64,000 nucleotides of DNA from Candidatus Wolfebacteria bacterium GW2011_GWE2_44_13 (GCA_001000675.1 LCHW01000001.1:68013-132012); one strand, 5' to 3'. Shown: positions 46,355 to 56,402, counted from the stretch's first letter. Notes: generated by a model not told the origin, from the letters alone. Numbers and translations: made by a program.

Positions 46355-47572
46355 ATGTTTAATCTATTCAAAAAAAATCCCGAAACCATATCGCGCACTA
46401 CTCCTGGATTCGAAGAAGCAGAGCGACGCACGCCAACGGTAGGTATTATCCTACTCATCCTTATGTTTATCGCAGGTATTTATTTTGGCTTGTTTGCAAT
46501 GAGCGATATTGCAAATATTCCTGATAGACCAGCGTCGCTATCGAGCTGTTCGTATAAATATCAAACGGACACAACCGGGCGCACAATATATGACGCAAAA
46601 TATCCAACATATTACGAAGAGGATGTTATTAATTCGCTGGCATATGAAAATTCAAAAAATTGTGCAGTTCAATTGAGCCCACTTGAAGATACTGCGGGTG
46701 TCAGTGCGCTCTTCACTAAGCGTATTGCAATCGAAGCAAAAATCGACCCGATTGCATCTGAATATGTTGATCTACAACAGCAAGTAAACAAGATTCAAAG
46801 TCAGATTCAACGTGCAACAGGAGAGTATGGCGTTGGGTTGCAGGAAAAAGAAGCGGGAATTACAGAGCCAGTATTCCCGACAGCTCCATCACAGCAGTCA
46901 ATTGTTGAGCTGCGAAAACAAGAAGCGCCGATGCTTGCGCGCATGAGTGTGTTGAAGGGGCAGGTGGATGCGCTAAAGCCTTCGCTTGATGCAGTTGATG
47001 CTGAATTAGTTACCGCATACAAACCAGTATTCAAAGCATTTGAACGCGCAATGCGATGGTATGAATTTAAAGTATTCTTGCTACAGTTCTTATTGCTCAT
47101 CCCATTCTTCTTCCTTGCGCTTCGTAAATATCTCGAATTACATCGCAAGAACAGTCCGTATACTGTTATTCTTACCACGATTGTTGCGGTGCTAGGATTG
47201 CTTCTTTTAAAAACGATTCTCTTCTGGTTCTGGGGATTGTTCCTTGAAGAAATATTGCGTGTCCTTGTTGTGTGGTTTGGGAAATACAACATTTTCCGAT
47301 CACTACTATTCTACTTTGGCATGTTCTTCTCCTTTGCGATTTTCGGTGGCGCTGTGTATTTCTTGCAAAAGAAAATATTTGACCCTCGTCGTGTGACGAT
47401 TCGTCGATTCCGTTCTAAGGAATGTCCACAGTGTCAGACAAATCTTGATTTGTCTGCTGAATACTGTCCGAATTGTGGAGCCCATATTCGCACCACCTGT
47501 GCACATTGCAGTAAAGATCGCTATATTGGATTGCCGTTTTGTCCGCATTGTGGGGATAAGAGTGAGGTGTGA
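46355..47572 (+). CDS. Membrane protein with coiled-coil region and a C-terminal double zinc ribbon
   Basis: TM near the N-terminus, a coiled coil (QQQVNKIQSQIQRATG), four TM helices, then CPQC...CPNC...CAHC...CPHC. Confidence 0.45.
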   Translation: MFNLFKKNPETISRTTPGFEEAERRTPTVGIILLILMFIAGIYFGLFAMSDIANIPDRPASLSSCSYKYQTDTTGRTIYDAKYPTYYEEDVINSLAYENSKNCAVQLSPLEDTAGVSALFTKRIAIEAKIDPIASEYVDLQQQVNKIQSQIQRATGEYGVGLQEKEAGITEPVFPTAPSQQSIVELRKQEAPMLARMSVLKGQVDALKPSLDAVDAELVTAYKPVFKAFERAMRWYEFKVFLLQFLLLIPFFFLALRKYLELHRKNSPYTVILTTIVAVLGLLLLKTILFWFWGLFLEEILRVLVVWFGKYNIFRSLLFYFGMFFSFAIFGGAVYFLQKKIFDPRRVTIRRFRSKECPQCQTNLDLSAEYCPNCGAHIRTTCAHCSKDRYIGLPFCPHCGDKSEV

Positions 47573-47589
47573 AAATGAAATAGAAAACA

Positions 47590-47618
47590 AAAGGGACGCA
47601 TATGCGTCCCTTTTGTTA
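47590..47618 (+). terminator. Rho-independent terminator
   Basis: aaagggacgcatatgcgtccctt followed by ttgttatttt. Confidence 0.65.
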
Positions 47619-47639
47619 TTTTCGTGAATACGGGGATCT

Positions 47640-47865
47640 ATTTCCTTGTTCTTTTTTAAAAAAGAACCAAAAATCACGAACCGAAAATATTTTGGGGTCG
47701 CCTCCAAAACGGCTGAAGCTCGGAACTCGCACGCCAAGAGTAGGCTCGCTCAAACACCGAGCTTCTTTCGATATTTTTCCAGCGCCCTTGATCCGAAATA
47801 TTTCCATGTTCGTACGAAGGGGGAAGTCCCTATCTTTGTCATTCCCGCGGAGGCGGGAATCTATT
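47640..47865. repeat. Composite intergenic repeat element (variant a) ending in the R1 hairpin tgtcattcccgcggaggcgggaatc (47837-47861)
   Basis: Shares ccgaaaatatttcgg...gaagctcggaactcgcacgccaag...caccgagcttctttcgatatttttccagcgccct.gatccgaaatatttccatgttcgta with 51.05-51.19 kb and 54.19-54.33 kb. Confidence 0.7.
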
Positions 47866-47927
47866 TAATAAAATCAATATAGGTGATATTTGGCCAACTG
47901 AGGCTATCTACTGTATAATGAATTATT

Positions 47928-49184
47928 ATGAAATCATACGAAAAGATAGCAAAAATATTGCGCACCGATCAGGACACAATCCGCGTCGTGGAAGAGCGCC
48001 TCTCCGCTTTAACGGGGAAGGTTGGTGTGCTTGATAAAGTCATGGAAGAAAACTGGACTGCAATCCAGGGAAGGTTGAATATTCTTGGACTCACGCGCGA
48101 GTCTTCTGCAAAAGAAATTTATGATGCGCTTATTAGTAAGATAGAAGCCGATGACGCGAGCTTTTATAATGCGCTTGGCAAGCCGCAAGTAACTGAGCCA
48201 GATGATTGGCAGCGTGTTTTGAATATTATCGTCGAGGCCATCAAACCGCCTAAGGGATTTTTCTTAAAAAAAGAAAAAGCGATAGAGTTTTTGCGTGCCG
48301 AGCCTCCGACGAAGGTTATTGAGGCACTCGGGTATGATACCGTAGATCAATTGATTGAGCAGGAGGATCTTATGGAAATATATTGTGCGTTGCGATTCTT
48401 ACAGGGAGGAGAGTGGCTCAATACTGTATTCTTCAAACAATACGAGAAAGTAACCCCTGAGGACTTCGAAGAGCGTGATATTACGCCTATTGCATTGCAA
48501 AAGAAATGGGGAGTGCTTGCGGAGGGCTTCATGAAAAAGAAGTACCATAACATCAGCCACTTAAAGGAAATGGGAATTATTTATGTTATCCCATTGCCGC
48601 TTGAAATCTCTGGGGAAACATTGCGCAACCTCGCGTTGCTATTGCACTACTTTAACGAAATTCCTTTCTATACAAGTATTATCAAGAAGTTTTCAGGCAA
48701 TCCGGAAACGTTTGTAGAAAACTTAAAATCGCTCTTGCGTGGAGATGTGCTTGACGTGCAACCAGTAGCAGAAGGGGATAAAATGCCGTGGATGGTTGTG
48801 CAACGATACCTTGCAAAAGATGATGAATTTGACTGGCGCTTGTTTGCCCCTCATATCAATCCAGAAGCTTTGCATTGGGAGAAGGCCGAACATCAGCTTA
48901 TGGCAGTTGCCCGTTCAATTGATGGATTTTCTACCGACCTCGCATTTTGGAAGAATTTAAACTGGGTTGGTGATTACTTCAAGAGTGATGCCGGCATTGA
49001 TGTGTTGGTAAGTTTTAACCTTGTTGATACTGCTATGGCATTGGTACAGCAGAAAGAGATGGTTAAATACCTGTATCACCACCAAGAATCCATGTGGAAC
49101 AAAATATTTTTGGAATATTTCGGACAAGAAGAAATGGAAGAAATGATGAAGGAATATATTGTGAAGGGGTATATGGAGATATAA
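47928..49184 (+). CDS. Hypothetical cytoplasmic protein
   Basis: 418-aa ORF; no motif recognised. Confidence 0.4.
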   Translation: MKSYEKIAKILRTDQDTIRVVEERLSALTGKVGVLDKVMEENWTAIQGRLNILGLTRESSAKEIYDALISKIEADDASFYNALGKPQVTEPDDWQRVLNIIVEAIKPPKGFFLKKEKAIEFLRAEPPTKVIEALGYDTVDQLIEQEDLMEIYCALRFLQGGEWLNTVFFKQYEKVTPEDFEERDITPIALQKKWGVLAEGFMKKKYHNISHLKEMGIIYVIPLPLEISGETLRNLALLLHYFNEIPFYTSIIKKFSGNPETFVENLKSLLRGDVLDVQPVAEGDKMPWMVVQRYLAKDDEFDWRLFAPHINPEALHWEKAEHQLMAVARSIDGFSTDLAFWKNLNWVGDYFKSDAGIDVLVSFNLVDTAMALVQQKEMVKYLYHHQESMWNKIFLEYFGQEEMEEMMKEYIVKGYMEI

Positions 49185-49215
49185 GAGAGAGCTCGCTAGC
49201 TCGTAAGGAAAGCAC

Positions 49216-49665
49216 AAAGGAGCGCGTACGCGCTCCTTTGTCATTCCCGTGAAAACGGGAATCCATCTCCTCTGCACTTTTTCAAAAAAGTGTATCCGTC
49301 GGATTCGGAATGGAATAAGCGAATCCGACAGCCCGGCACGTTGCACGCTTGCTTCGCTCGCTAGCAACGCCAAGGGCAAAACTTCGAGCGCCGAAAATGG
49401 CGGAATAGGCTCTAAAATTTCTAACAAAACTACGAACTCGCTCCTGCGCACCGCTCAGACAACGTAGTTTTTGACCTGCCTGCCGGTAGGCAGGGGAAAT
49501 TTTTATCGCCTATTTTGTCCGCCATTTTTCGGATGCTCGGGGGATACAGATTAATACAGTTTATTAATCCGAAATATTTCCATGTTTGTACATAGAATGC
49601 GCTACCGTTGTCATTCCCGTGCATTGCCTTGTCGTAGCTTTACGCGAAGACAGGAAAACGGGAAT
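49216..49665. repeat. Composite intergenic repeat: hairpin, R1 (49239-49266), variant-b module (49267-49590), and a long-loop R1 (49603-49665)
   Basis: Near-identical to 7577-7875 over more than 150 bp, and to the 50.94-51.05 / 54.10-54.19 kb modules (gtcggattcgg...cgaatccgacagcccggcacgttgcacgctt). Confidence 0.7.
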
Positions 49666-49706
49666 CCATATATCGCAATATATGCTAATTTTGGTATACT
49701 AAACGC

Positions 49707-50381
49707 ATGAACTTTCTGGTACTTCTTCTCGGGTTAATTCCTAGCTTTATTTGGCTTAGTTTTTTCTTGCAAGAAGATATTCATCCTGAGCCACGAAAGA
49801 TGATTTTTGCCGTTTTTATTACCGGAGCGCTTGCAGCGTTGGGTGCATATTTTATTCAGTTATGGCTAAGTGGTTATTTCCCTGCGGGCAGCGAGTTTAC
49901 GCATTCCTTACTCTATATTGCTGCATTTGCAGGAGTGGAAGAGTTTGTTAAATTTCTAGCCACATATACCGTTATTTGGCGAAGTGCCTATTTTGATGAG
50001 CCAATCGATGCAATGGTGTATATGATGACGGCTGCAATGGGCCTTGCTGCTGTTGAAAATATTGCAATCGCATTTGATACAGGCATTGCGGCGATTACGG
50101 TTGGTTCGCTTATGTTTCGTTTTCTTGGAGCAACGCTTTTACATGCATTAAGTTCACTCGTGATGGGATATTATTGGGGCAGAGGTATTATTAAAAAGCA
50201 TACTGCCATCTATCTTATGTGGGGTTTTATTATGGCAACGTTATTACATACCATCTTCAATTATCTTATTGTTGTATTTGACGCTGGTATTTTATATGCC
50301 ATTGGCGTGTTAATTCTTGCCGCATTCTTTGTATTTTATGATTTTGAAAAGCTTAAGAAAAATGATACTATTACCGTATGA
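49707..50381 (+). CDS. PrsW-family intramembrane metalloprotease
   Basis: EEFVKF, FDEPIDAMVY, AAMGLAAVEN and a conserved His (LHALSS) match PrsW (PF13367) motifs. Confidence 0.7.
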   Translation: MNFLVLLLGLIPSFIWLSFFLQEDIHPEPRKMIFAVFITGALAALGAYFIQLWLSGYFPAGSEFTHSLLYIAAFAGVEEFVKFLATYTVIWRSAYFDEPIDAMVYMMTAAMGLAAVENIAIAFDTGIAAITVGSLMFRFLGATLLHALSSLVMGYYWGRGIIKKHTAIYLMWGFIMATLLHTIFNYLIVVFDAGILYAIGVLILAAFFVFYDFEKLKKNDTITV

Positions 50382-50866
50382 ACAATGATACTAAAAAATT
50401 CTTTGAGAAACTGGCGGGAGTATCCGAACAGGAGGAATTTGAACCTCGATTGGCAAAGGTTGCTGCGGTAACCCCAACACAAGAAGAGGATGAGGAAATG
50501 GAAGATGAAGAGCAAGAAGGGGATTTCGAAGAAGGAGAAGGACAGCTTGCAATCGACGTGTACCAAATGGGAAATGATATTATCATTGAAGCCCCTGTTG
50601 CAGGAGTTGGTATGGACGACCTCGACCTTGAAATATCGCCCGAGTCTGTTGCAATTCGTGGAAAACGAGATCAACGCGAAAAAATAGCAGATAACGATTA
50701 TCTCTATCAGGAATGTTATTGGGGTAAGTTTTCTCGATCAATTATTCTTCCACAAGAAATTAATCCTGATCATGCAACCGCAACATTCAAAAATGGCGTT
50801 TTGCGCATTACCTTGCCTAAGGTGAATAAACAAAAGATGAAGAAGGTGAAGGTGAGATTTGAATAA
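50378..50866 (+). CDS. Hsp20/alpha-crystallin family small heat-shock protein
   Basis: C-terminal ATFKNGVLRITLPK (AxxxxGVLxxxxPK) plus an ACD beta-sandwich region. Start overlaps the PrsW stop. Confidence 0.8.
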   Translation: MNNDTKKFFEKLAGVSEQEEFEPRLAKVAAVTPTQEEDEEMEDEEQEGDFEEGEGQLAIDVYQMGNDIIIEAPVAGVGMDDLDLEISPESVAIRGKRDQREKIADNDYLYQECYWGKFSRSIILPQEINPDHATATFKNGVLRITLPKVNKQKMKKVKVRFE

Positions 50867-50873
50867 GAACGAT

Positions 50874-50900
50874 TAAAAAACCGACGTACGTCGGTTTTTT
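50874..50900 (+). terminator. Rho-independent terminator
   Basis: aaaaaaccgacgtacgtcggttttttt. Confidence 0.75.
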
Positions 50901-50907
50901 TGTAGTG

Positions 50908-51195
50908 TTATCCCCGTGAAAACGGGAACCCAGGTTTTCGCACTTTTTCAAAAAAGTACCTCCGTCGGATTCGGAATGGAATAATCGAATCCGACAGCCC
51001 GGCACGTTGCACGCTTACTTCGCTCGCTAGCAACGCCAAGGGCAAAACTTCGAACCGAAAATATTTCGGGGTCGCCTCCAAAACGGCAGAAACTCGGAAC
51101 TCGCACGCCAAGAATAAGCGTGCTCAAACACCGAGCTTCTTCCGATATTTTTCCAGCGCCCTTTATCCGAAATATTCCCATGTTCGTAAATAAAG
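50908..51195. repeat. Composite intergenic repeat (degenerate R1, palindrome gtactttttcaaaaaagtac, hairpin gtcggattcgg..cgaatccgac, variant-a 3' module)
   Basis: Collinear with 54070-54330 at high identity. Confidence 0.7.
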
Positions 51196-51275
51196 AATAT
51201 TATTTTTTGCTTGTGCGAGGATAACGTACTGTGCAGTATAAAAAACGATTCACTGAGTGAATCGCTTTTTCTTGT

Positions 51276-51357
51276 GTGCCCAGGAGAGGAATCGAACCTC
51301 CACTGATTTCTCAACACGATTTTGAGTCGTGCGCGTCTACCAATTCCGCCACCCGGG
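51276..51357 (-). tRNA. tRNA-Leu (anticodon CAA), type II
   Basis: Reverse complement is GCCCGGG TG GCGGAATTGGTAGACGC GCACGA CTCAAAA TCGTG TTGAGAAATCAGTG GAGGTTCGATTCCTC TCCTGGGC A. Confidence 0.85.
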
Positions 51358-51440
51358 CTTCATAAAACTATACGTATAGTATAGGGGAATTTATTTTTTT
51401 GTCAAAAACGCCCCGTATCGTGTGATACGGGGCTGTAGAT

Positions 51441-52274
51441 CTATCCTTCGAGCGCGTCCGGGGGGTGCGTAATCGGAGTGATTGAGAGAAATTGCTCAAA
51501 GCCCAAGGCTTCAAAGTAGTTCTGGATTTCCGTTCCGGCCGCTGACAGACACATCTGATGTGCATATGGCATATATGCGTCGATGGTAAGTATATTGCCG
51601 GCGGCAAAGTTTCTGTTGACCGCCGCCGCAACCATTCGGCTTAATGATGGAATCGATAGCGACTTAAAACTGAACTGCAAGTTTCGATCGTCGTCGAGAA
51701 GGAGGTATTGCGGTAATCCGTGTTGCTCCGCAATGATCGCTCCGAGCCGGTGATGGTGGAGACTAATGAAACGGCTCCGTAGCTTGGTATCTGCCTTGTG
51801 CTGATAGAGTGCTCCGACGAGGCGCCCGATGGGCAGGAATAATCCGCTAACCTCTGCTTTCCAGACATCTTCCGGCGGTAACTGCATCTGACGAGCCATG
51901 ATGCGTGAGATAACAGCCATGGCACAGCATTTTGCGCCAAGGATTTTCGTATTTGGATACTCGTGTGATGCACACAGGATGCTGATACCAACAAGCAGCG
52001 CTTTGCACTCATCGATTCCCATCGCATTCGCGATGTCCTGCAGCTCCTGCGGGCCTACAGATTTTTTCATGGGGAGCGCCGTTCGCATGATCCCCAAGAG
52101 GCGATCCGAGGTATTAAGGCAAACAATCTTCTTTAGCTCGACCAGCCACATTGCTCGTTCGCGTGCCTGCTTAAGGGCATTTACCGCGTGTTGTGCGCAT
52201 TCTGGATGCGCCTGCGTTACAATCTCGCGCAATTGCTTGTCGATTTGAGGCGTAGGGGCACTTATCTTCTTCAT
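51441..52274 (-). CDS. HDOD-like (HD-related output domain) signalling protein
   Basis: Start MKKISAPT with an SD (aggaaagga) upstream. Helical HD-like region with HHHRLGAIIAEQHGLP. Confidence 0.4.
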   Translation of the reverse strand: MKKISAPTPQIDKQLREIVTQAHPECAQHAVNALKQARERAMWLVELKKIVCLNTSDRLLGIMRTALPMKKSVGPQELQDIANAMGIDECKALLVGISILCASHEYPNTKILGAKCCAMAVISRIMARQMQLPPEDVWKAEVSGLFLPIGRLVGALYQHKADTKLRSRFISLHHHRLGAIIAEQHGLPQYLLLDDDRNLQFSFKSLSIPSLSRMVAAAVNRNFAAGNILTIDAYMPYAHQMCLSAAGTEIQNYFEALGFEQFLSITPITHPPDALEG

Positions 52275-52740
52275 AACTAGTTCCTTTCCTTTGCATAATT
52301 GTGGGGTACTAATTTCATATATACTCCTGTCGGAGGTATTTTTCAATACCCTAATGTGGAACAAATTGTCAAATATATCGTTATATCTAGTATTAGCACT
52401 ATATTCGCTATGAAACACATGCAATCACAACAATCTTATGTGCTCGGCAATAACCAGCCTATTACCTTCTTTGCAAAAGGTAATACTTTTTGCTTACTGG
52501 TTGGCCAAGGCTGTGTTTCTCGATATTGTGCACACTATCTTCCTATATAGTACGTGCGTGTATTGTGCGAAGACGATCTCGGCCAAATAGAAAGCCGAGA
52601 TTTTTTGTACGCAATCTATTTGGGGATAGCACATTGATAACTATATATAGGAAGGCTTGTTTGAGAAGGGGAGTGTTTCACATATTGCTTGGCGGATAAG
52701 ATTTATTAACCAGCAGCATAACCAAGAAAGAGGTGCAACC

Positions 52741-53958
52741 ATGAAAGGAAGTGAACTGAAGAAGCGGGTTTGTCGATTGATGTGGCTGTATTTTTTCATC
52801 ACGTTTACGTTTGGGTTTGGCCACGCATTTTTCTTCTCCACCTACTCCATCTACCTTATGAGTAAGGGGTTGGACCTGTTACAGATCAACGTCGTTAACT
52901 GCGTATTCATGGCCTCGGTATTCTTGTTGGAAATTCCAACGGGAGCATACGCCGACTTGTTTGGTCGCAAGCGTTCGTTTGTGACAAGCTGCTTCGTGTA
53001 TGGGCTTGCTATGATTATCTATTGGCAGGCTGATTCATTCTGGATCTGTATTGTTGCAGAATTGTTTGCTGCTCTTGGGGCGGCGCTACACTCGGGGGCT
53101 ATGGAAGCTTGGATCGTCGATTCAATGCGCATCGCAGGGCATCGCGGAGGATTGCGAACCCTTTTTCGCAGAGAGCATTACGTATCGCAAGTCGGTATTG
53201 TGGGAGGAAGTCTACTGGGTGCATATATTGCCCAATATGATCTCTCGCTTCCATGGCTTGTTGCGGGGGTATCGATGATTTTAGTTGGCATCTTTGCATC
53301 GTATGCTATGCAAGAAACTCCCATAACTGCACGAAAGACTCTGTCTGGTTTTGCATCTATAGGGCTCATTACTCGGGATAGCATTACCTACGGTGTGCGA
53401 CACAAAGGCGTCTTGTACATTATTTTATTTGGTAGTGTTTGCGCACTCTGTGTTCAGACAATGAACATGCAATGGCAAATACGCTTCATGCAGGATTTTT
53501 CTTTTAACCCGCGTCACCTTGGATGGACCTTTGTTGGCATCTCCCTCTTCATCATGATTGGCAATCGGCTTTCGACGAAACTCTCCTCACGATTTGGAAA
53601 GGGTCGGCGAGCGATTGTGCTATCACAATGCTTTACCGCAGGAGGCATTATTGCCGCCGGTTGGTTTACCTCAGTCGCTCCTGTCTTGATTGCATTTTAT
53701 GTGCACGAGATGGGGCGGGGTATGTTCGCACCACTCAAACGTGCGTACATGAACGAACGTATTCCGAGTGCGACACGCGCAACCATTTTATCGTTCGATT
53801 CGATGGTTGCGCATAGCGGAGCTTTTCTCGGATTACTCGGTAGTGGGCTTATTGCGAAACATTGGTCCATTGCCACTTCTTGGATGACTTCCGGCCTTTT
53901 GTTGATCGTTGCCATTCCCGTTTTCCTTTTCTTGAAGAATGGAGATGGAAACAAGTGA
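52741..53958 (+). CDS. MFS transporter (12 TM)
   Basis: Start MKGSELKK. Motif A-like GRKRSF (LFGRKRSFV) between TM2 and TM3. Twelve hydrophobic segments. Confidence 0.75.
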   Translation: MKGSELKKRVCRLMWLYFFITFTFGFGHAFFFSTYSIYLMSKGLDLLQINVVNCVFMASVFLLEIPTGAYADLFGRKRSFVTSCFVYGLAMIIYWQADSFWICIVAELFAALGAALHSGAMEAWIVDSMRIAGHRGGLRTLFRREHYVSQVGIVGGSLLGAYIAQYDLSLPWLVAGVSMILVGIFASYAMQETPITARKTLSGFASIGLITRDSITYGVRHKGVLYIILFGSVCALCVQTMNMQWQIRFMQDFSFNPRHLGWTFVGISLFIMIGNRLSTKLSSRFGKGRRAIVLSQCFTAGGIIAAGWFTSVAPVLIAFYVHEMGRGMFAPLKRAYMNERIPSATRATILSFDSMVAHSGAFLGLLGSGLIAKHWSIATSWMTSGLLLIVAIPVFLFLKNGDGNK

Positions 53959-53999
53959 GTACATAATGGCACCCAATACGGGTGCCATTTTTTTACATT

Positions 54000-54410
54000 G
54001 GCATTCCTGCCCGTTCGACAGGTTTAGGGTAAACTGCGGCGGGAATCCATTACCACTTCTAAGACAATATTCTTTCATACTTTTTAAAAAAGTACTTCCG
54101 TCGGATTCGTGTCGGAGTAATCGAATCCGACAGCCCGGCACGTTGCACGCTTACTTCGCTCGCTAGCAACGCCAAGGGCAAACCTTCGAACCGAAAATAT
54201 TTCGGGGTCACTTCCAAAACGGCTGAAGCTCGGAACTCGCACGCCAGGGGTAGGCGTACTCAGACACCGAGCTTCTTTCGATATTTTTCCAGCGCTCTTA
54301 ATCCGAAATATTTCCATGTTCGTAGATACAAGAGAGTAATTCTGTCATTCCCGCGGAGGCGGGAATCTATTTAATTCTGGATTCCCGCCTCCGCGGGAAT
54401 GACAGAAAGC
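54000..54410. repeat. Composite intergenic repeat, plus a 68-bp perfect palindrome formed by two inverted R1 hairpins (54343-54410)
   Basis: tgtcattcccgcggaggcgggaatctatttaattctggattcccgcctccgcgggaatgaca is self-complementary. The module at 54070-54330 matches the 47.6 and 51.0 kb copies. Confidence 0.75.
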
Positions 54411-54490
54411 ATTCGCCCTTTACTTTTGTGTGGGCTCGTAGGTATAGTAGAGACAGCAGTTACACAACGAGGAGGGGAGTGGAGGTGCGT

Positions 54491-54892
54491 ATGAATAAAA
54501 GGATGTTGTTTTTCGTTGCATTCGCAATGGAGGATCAAAATCGACGGGCTGTATATGCTGTCGAGGATATCGGCGGGTGCATAACCCTGAGCGAAAAGAT
54601 GGCGAAGGGAAGAAATCCGGCTGGTCTCTTGGGAACAAAGGTTCCGCTTAGCCTGGTCGCATTTGATCGGGGGCGGGTATTTTTTCACCTGAGTAGCGAA
54701 ATCGTTGAAAGTCCTGTTGCAGGCATCTTTGCCTCACTTGAACAGGCAATCCCGTGCTTTGATGCCGAACAGCTCGAAGTGCTCGATATGCGGTGGCTCG
54801 AGGAGACGATGCGCTGCGTTGTAACGATGCAGAAGCCTTTTCCGCAAGCGGGGCAATGCCGCGGAAATTGTGGACAGGCTGGTTGTTTGTAA
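54491..54892 (+). CDS. Hypothetical protein, GC-rich
   Basis: Start MNKRMLFFVAF. Composition unlike its neighbours. Low confidence that it is a real gene. Confidence 0.3.
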   Translation: MNKRMLFFVAFAMEDQNRRAVYAVEDIGGCITLSEKMAKGRNPAGLLGTKVPLSLVAFDRGRVFFHLSSEIVESPVAGIFASLEQAIPCFDAEQLEVLDMRWLEETMRCVVTMQKPFPQAGQCRGNCGQAGCL

Positions 54893-54989
54893 AGCAGGAT
54901 ACGGGGCGCTTATTGCGCCCCTTTTTAATTCGGCAATCTAGTATTCATGCGGTATTATCCTATTCGGCAATAATACTATTGCCTAATAT

Positions 54990-55100
54990 GTTTTATCTAT
55001 TGCCGAATAAAAAGACTCTGGGTTCCTGTTTTCACGGAAATGACAATACAAAAGAATATAGCGAAAAATTCTGACATTCCCGCGCAGGCGGGAATCTAGC
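54990..55100. repeat. Two R1 hairpin copies (one inverted: ttcctgttttcacggaaatgaca; one direct: tgacattcccgcgcaggcgggaatc)
   Basis: Sequence match to the R1 consensus. Confidence 0.6.
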
Positions 55101-55171
55101 GCAACACACACTTCCCCCCCCTGCCGAACCCATGGTTGACACCTTGCCGAATTACCCTGTATCATACCCCC

Positions 55172-56173
55172 ATGATTAGTAACTACGAGTTTATCAAGAC
55201 GCAGGCATTCGAAGTTTCGTCTGCACTATTTCGGTGCACCGAATTATTTTCTCAAGACAAATTGCGCGCAGAAATTGAAGCTGCTGCAGTTGATATGGTC
55301 GCAGATTATGAAACAATACACAGCACAATAGGGGATGAATTTCCTCGTATTGAGAAGTTGATTGCACTTATCCGATTAGCGGAATCTACCGGACAAATTG
55401 CATCCATTAATGCGAACGTACTGTATCGAGAACTTGATAACCTTACTAAGGCGATTCGGTTAGAAGTTGTTGACCGCCGCGAACGGAAAAACATCACGGC
55501 ATCTTTGGAAAAGATGTTCACAAATTCCGAATATGCAAAGAAGCTCGCCACTACTGCAACGGTACTAAGTGAGCCAGTTAATTCGGCAACTACACCTTCT
55601 CCTACTCCTGTCATTCCCGTGAATATGGCAATCCAGAGCCCTGATAATTCGGCAAAACAAAAATTAAGCGATACTCAGTTCGGCAATATTGAATCCCTGC
55701 TTTCTGCAGCGGTCCAATCGAGTCAGGCAATGGAAGCCTTAGCAGCTCCTGTTAATCCGGCAACAGTTCCTGTACACGAAACGCTTAACGCGTTTTTGCG
55801 ACAAGACGTTCCGGCAAACGCGACACAGGGGGCTTCGGCAACTACCGAACCCACTCTTGCTAAACAGGGAAATGCAATCCAGCAGGCAACGGCGACCACG
55901 GCCGTTCGTCCGGCAATTGCTCCTGTGCAAGCTACTTCGGCAAACCCAGCGCAAGTCGGTTCGGCGAGCTCACCACAAGTAGGTTCATGGCAGCATGTCA
56001 TTTTACAAAAAGTGAAGGAGCTCGGCCAAACAACAACAAAAGAGTTAACTGCCAGCTTCCCAGAAATCAGCGAACGAACTATTCGTTTCTATCTGCAAAA
56101 GCTTGTTGATAACCAGGCAATAGATCGTATTGGTTCAACTGGTCCAGGAGCAGCATATCGAGCTAAAATATAA
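55172..56173 (+). CDS. Hypothetical protein with a C-terminal winged-helix DNA-binding domain and a central Ala/Pro/Thr/Gln low-complexity region
   Basis: C-terminal ...LGQTTTKELTASFPEISERTIRFYLQKLVDNQAIDRIGS resembles DeoR/MarR-type wHTH. The start is probably MISNYEF. Confidence 0.4.
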   Translation: MISNYEFIKTQAFEVSSALFRCTELFSQDKLRAEIEAAAVDMVADYETIHSTIGDEFPRIEKLIALIRLAESTGQIASINANVLYRELDNLTKAIRLEVVDRRERKNITASLEKMFTNSEYAKKLATTATVLSEPVNSATTPSPTPVIPVNMAIQSPDNSAKQKLSDTQFGNIESLLSAAVQSSQAMEALAAPVNPATVPVHETLNAFLRQDVPANATQGASATTEPTLAKQGNAIQQATATTAVRPAIAPVQATSANPAQVGSASSPQVGSWQHVILQKVKELGQTTTKELTASFPEISERTIRFYLQKLVDNQAIDRIGSTGPGAAYRAKI

Positions 56174-56214
56174 CCATCAAAAATCCGCCAAAAGGCGGAT
56201 TTTTGATACCATGA

Positions 56215-56245
56215 CATTGTCATTCCCGCGGAGGCGGGAATCCAG
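56215..56245. repeat. R1 hairpin repeat
   Basis: ttgtcattcccgcggaggcgggaatccag. Confidence 0.7.
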
Positions 56246-56374
56246 TATTCCCTAGTATATTACAGGGTATCCTCGCCTTCGGGAGGATAACGCCTTCTTG
56301 CTGTGAAACAATCCGCAAATACCCACGTTATCTTGTAGTATGGATGCATACTAGTCACAAACTGGTCTCAGTTG

Positions 56375-56402
56375 TTGACAAAGTGCATACATACTTTACA
56401 AT
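56375..56402 (+). promoter_or_regulatory. Strong sigma70-type promoter TTGACA-16-TACAAT
   Basis: Consensus -35, and a near-consensus -10 at 56397-56402. It lies roughly 400 nt upstream of the large surface-protein gene. Confidence 0.5.

Noticed and set aside
47616-47807. Recurrent minus-strand ORFs inside the composite repeats (MEIFRIKGAGKIS... at 47616, 50948, 54084; MGIFRIK... at 7606; MACEFR... at 47306/50908)
   Set aside because: Their similarity follows from near-identical repeat DNA. There is no RBS or known fold, and the copies diverge by indels that coding would not tolerate. I treat them as non-coding unless Ka/Ks says otherwise.
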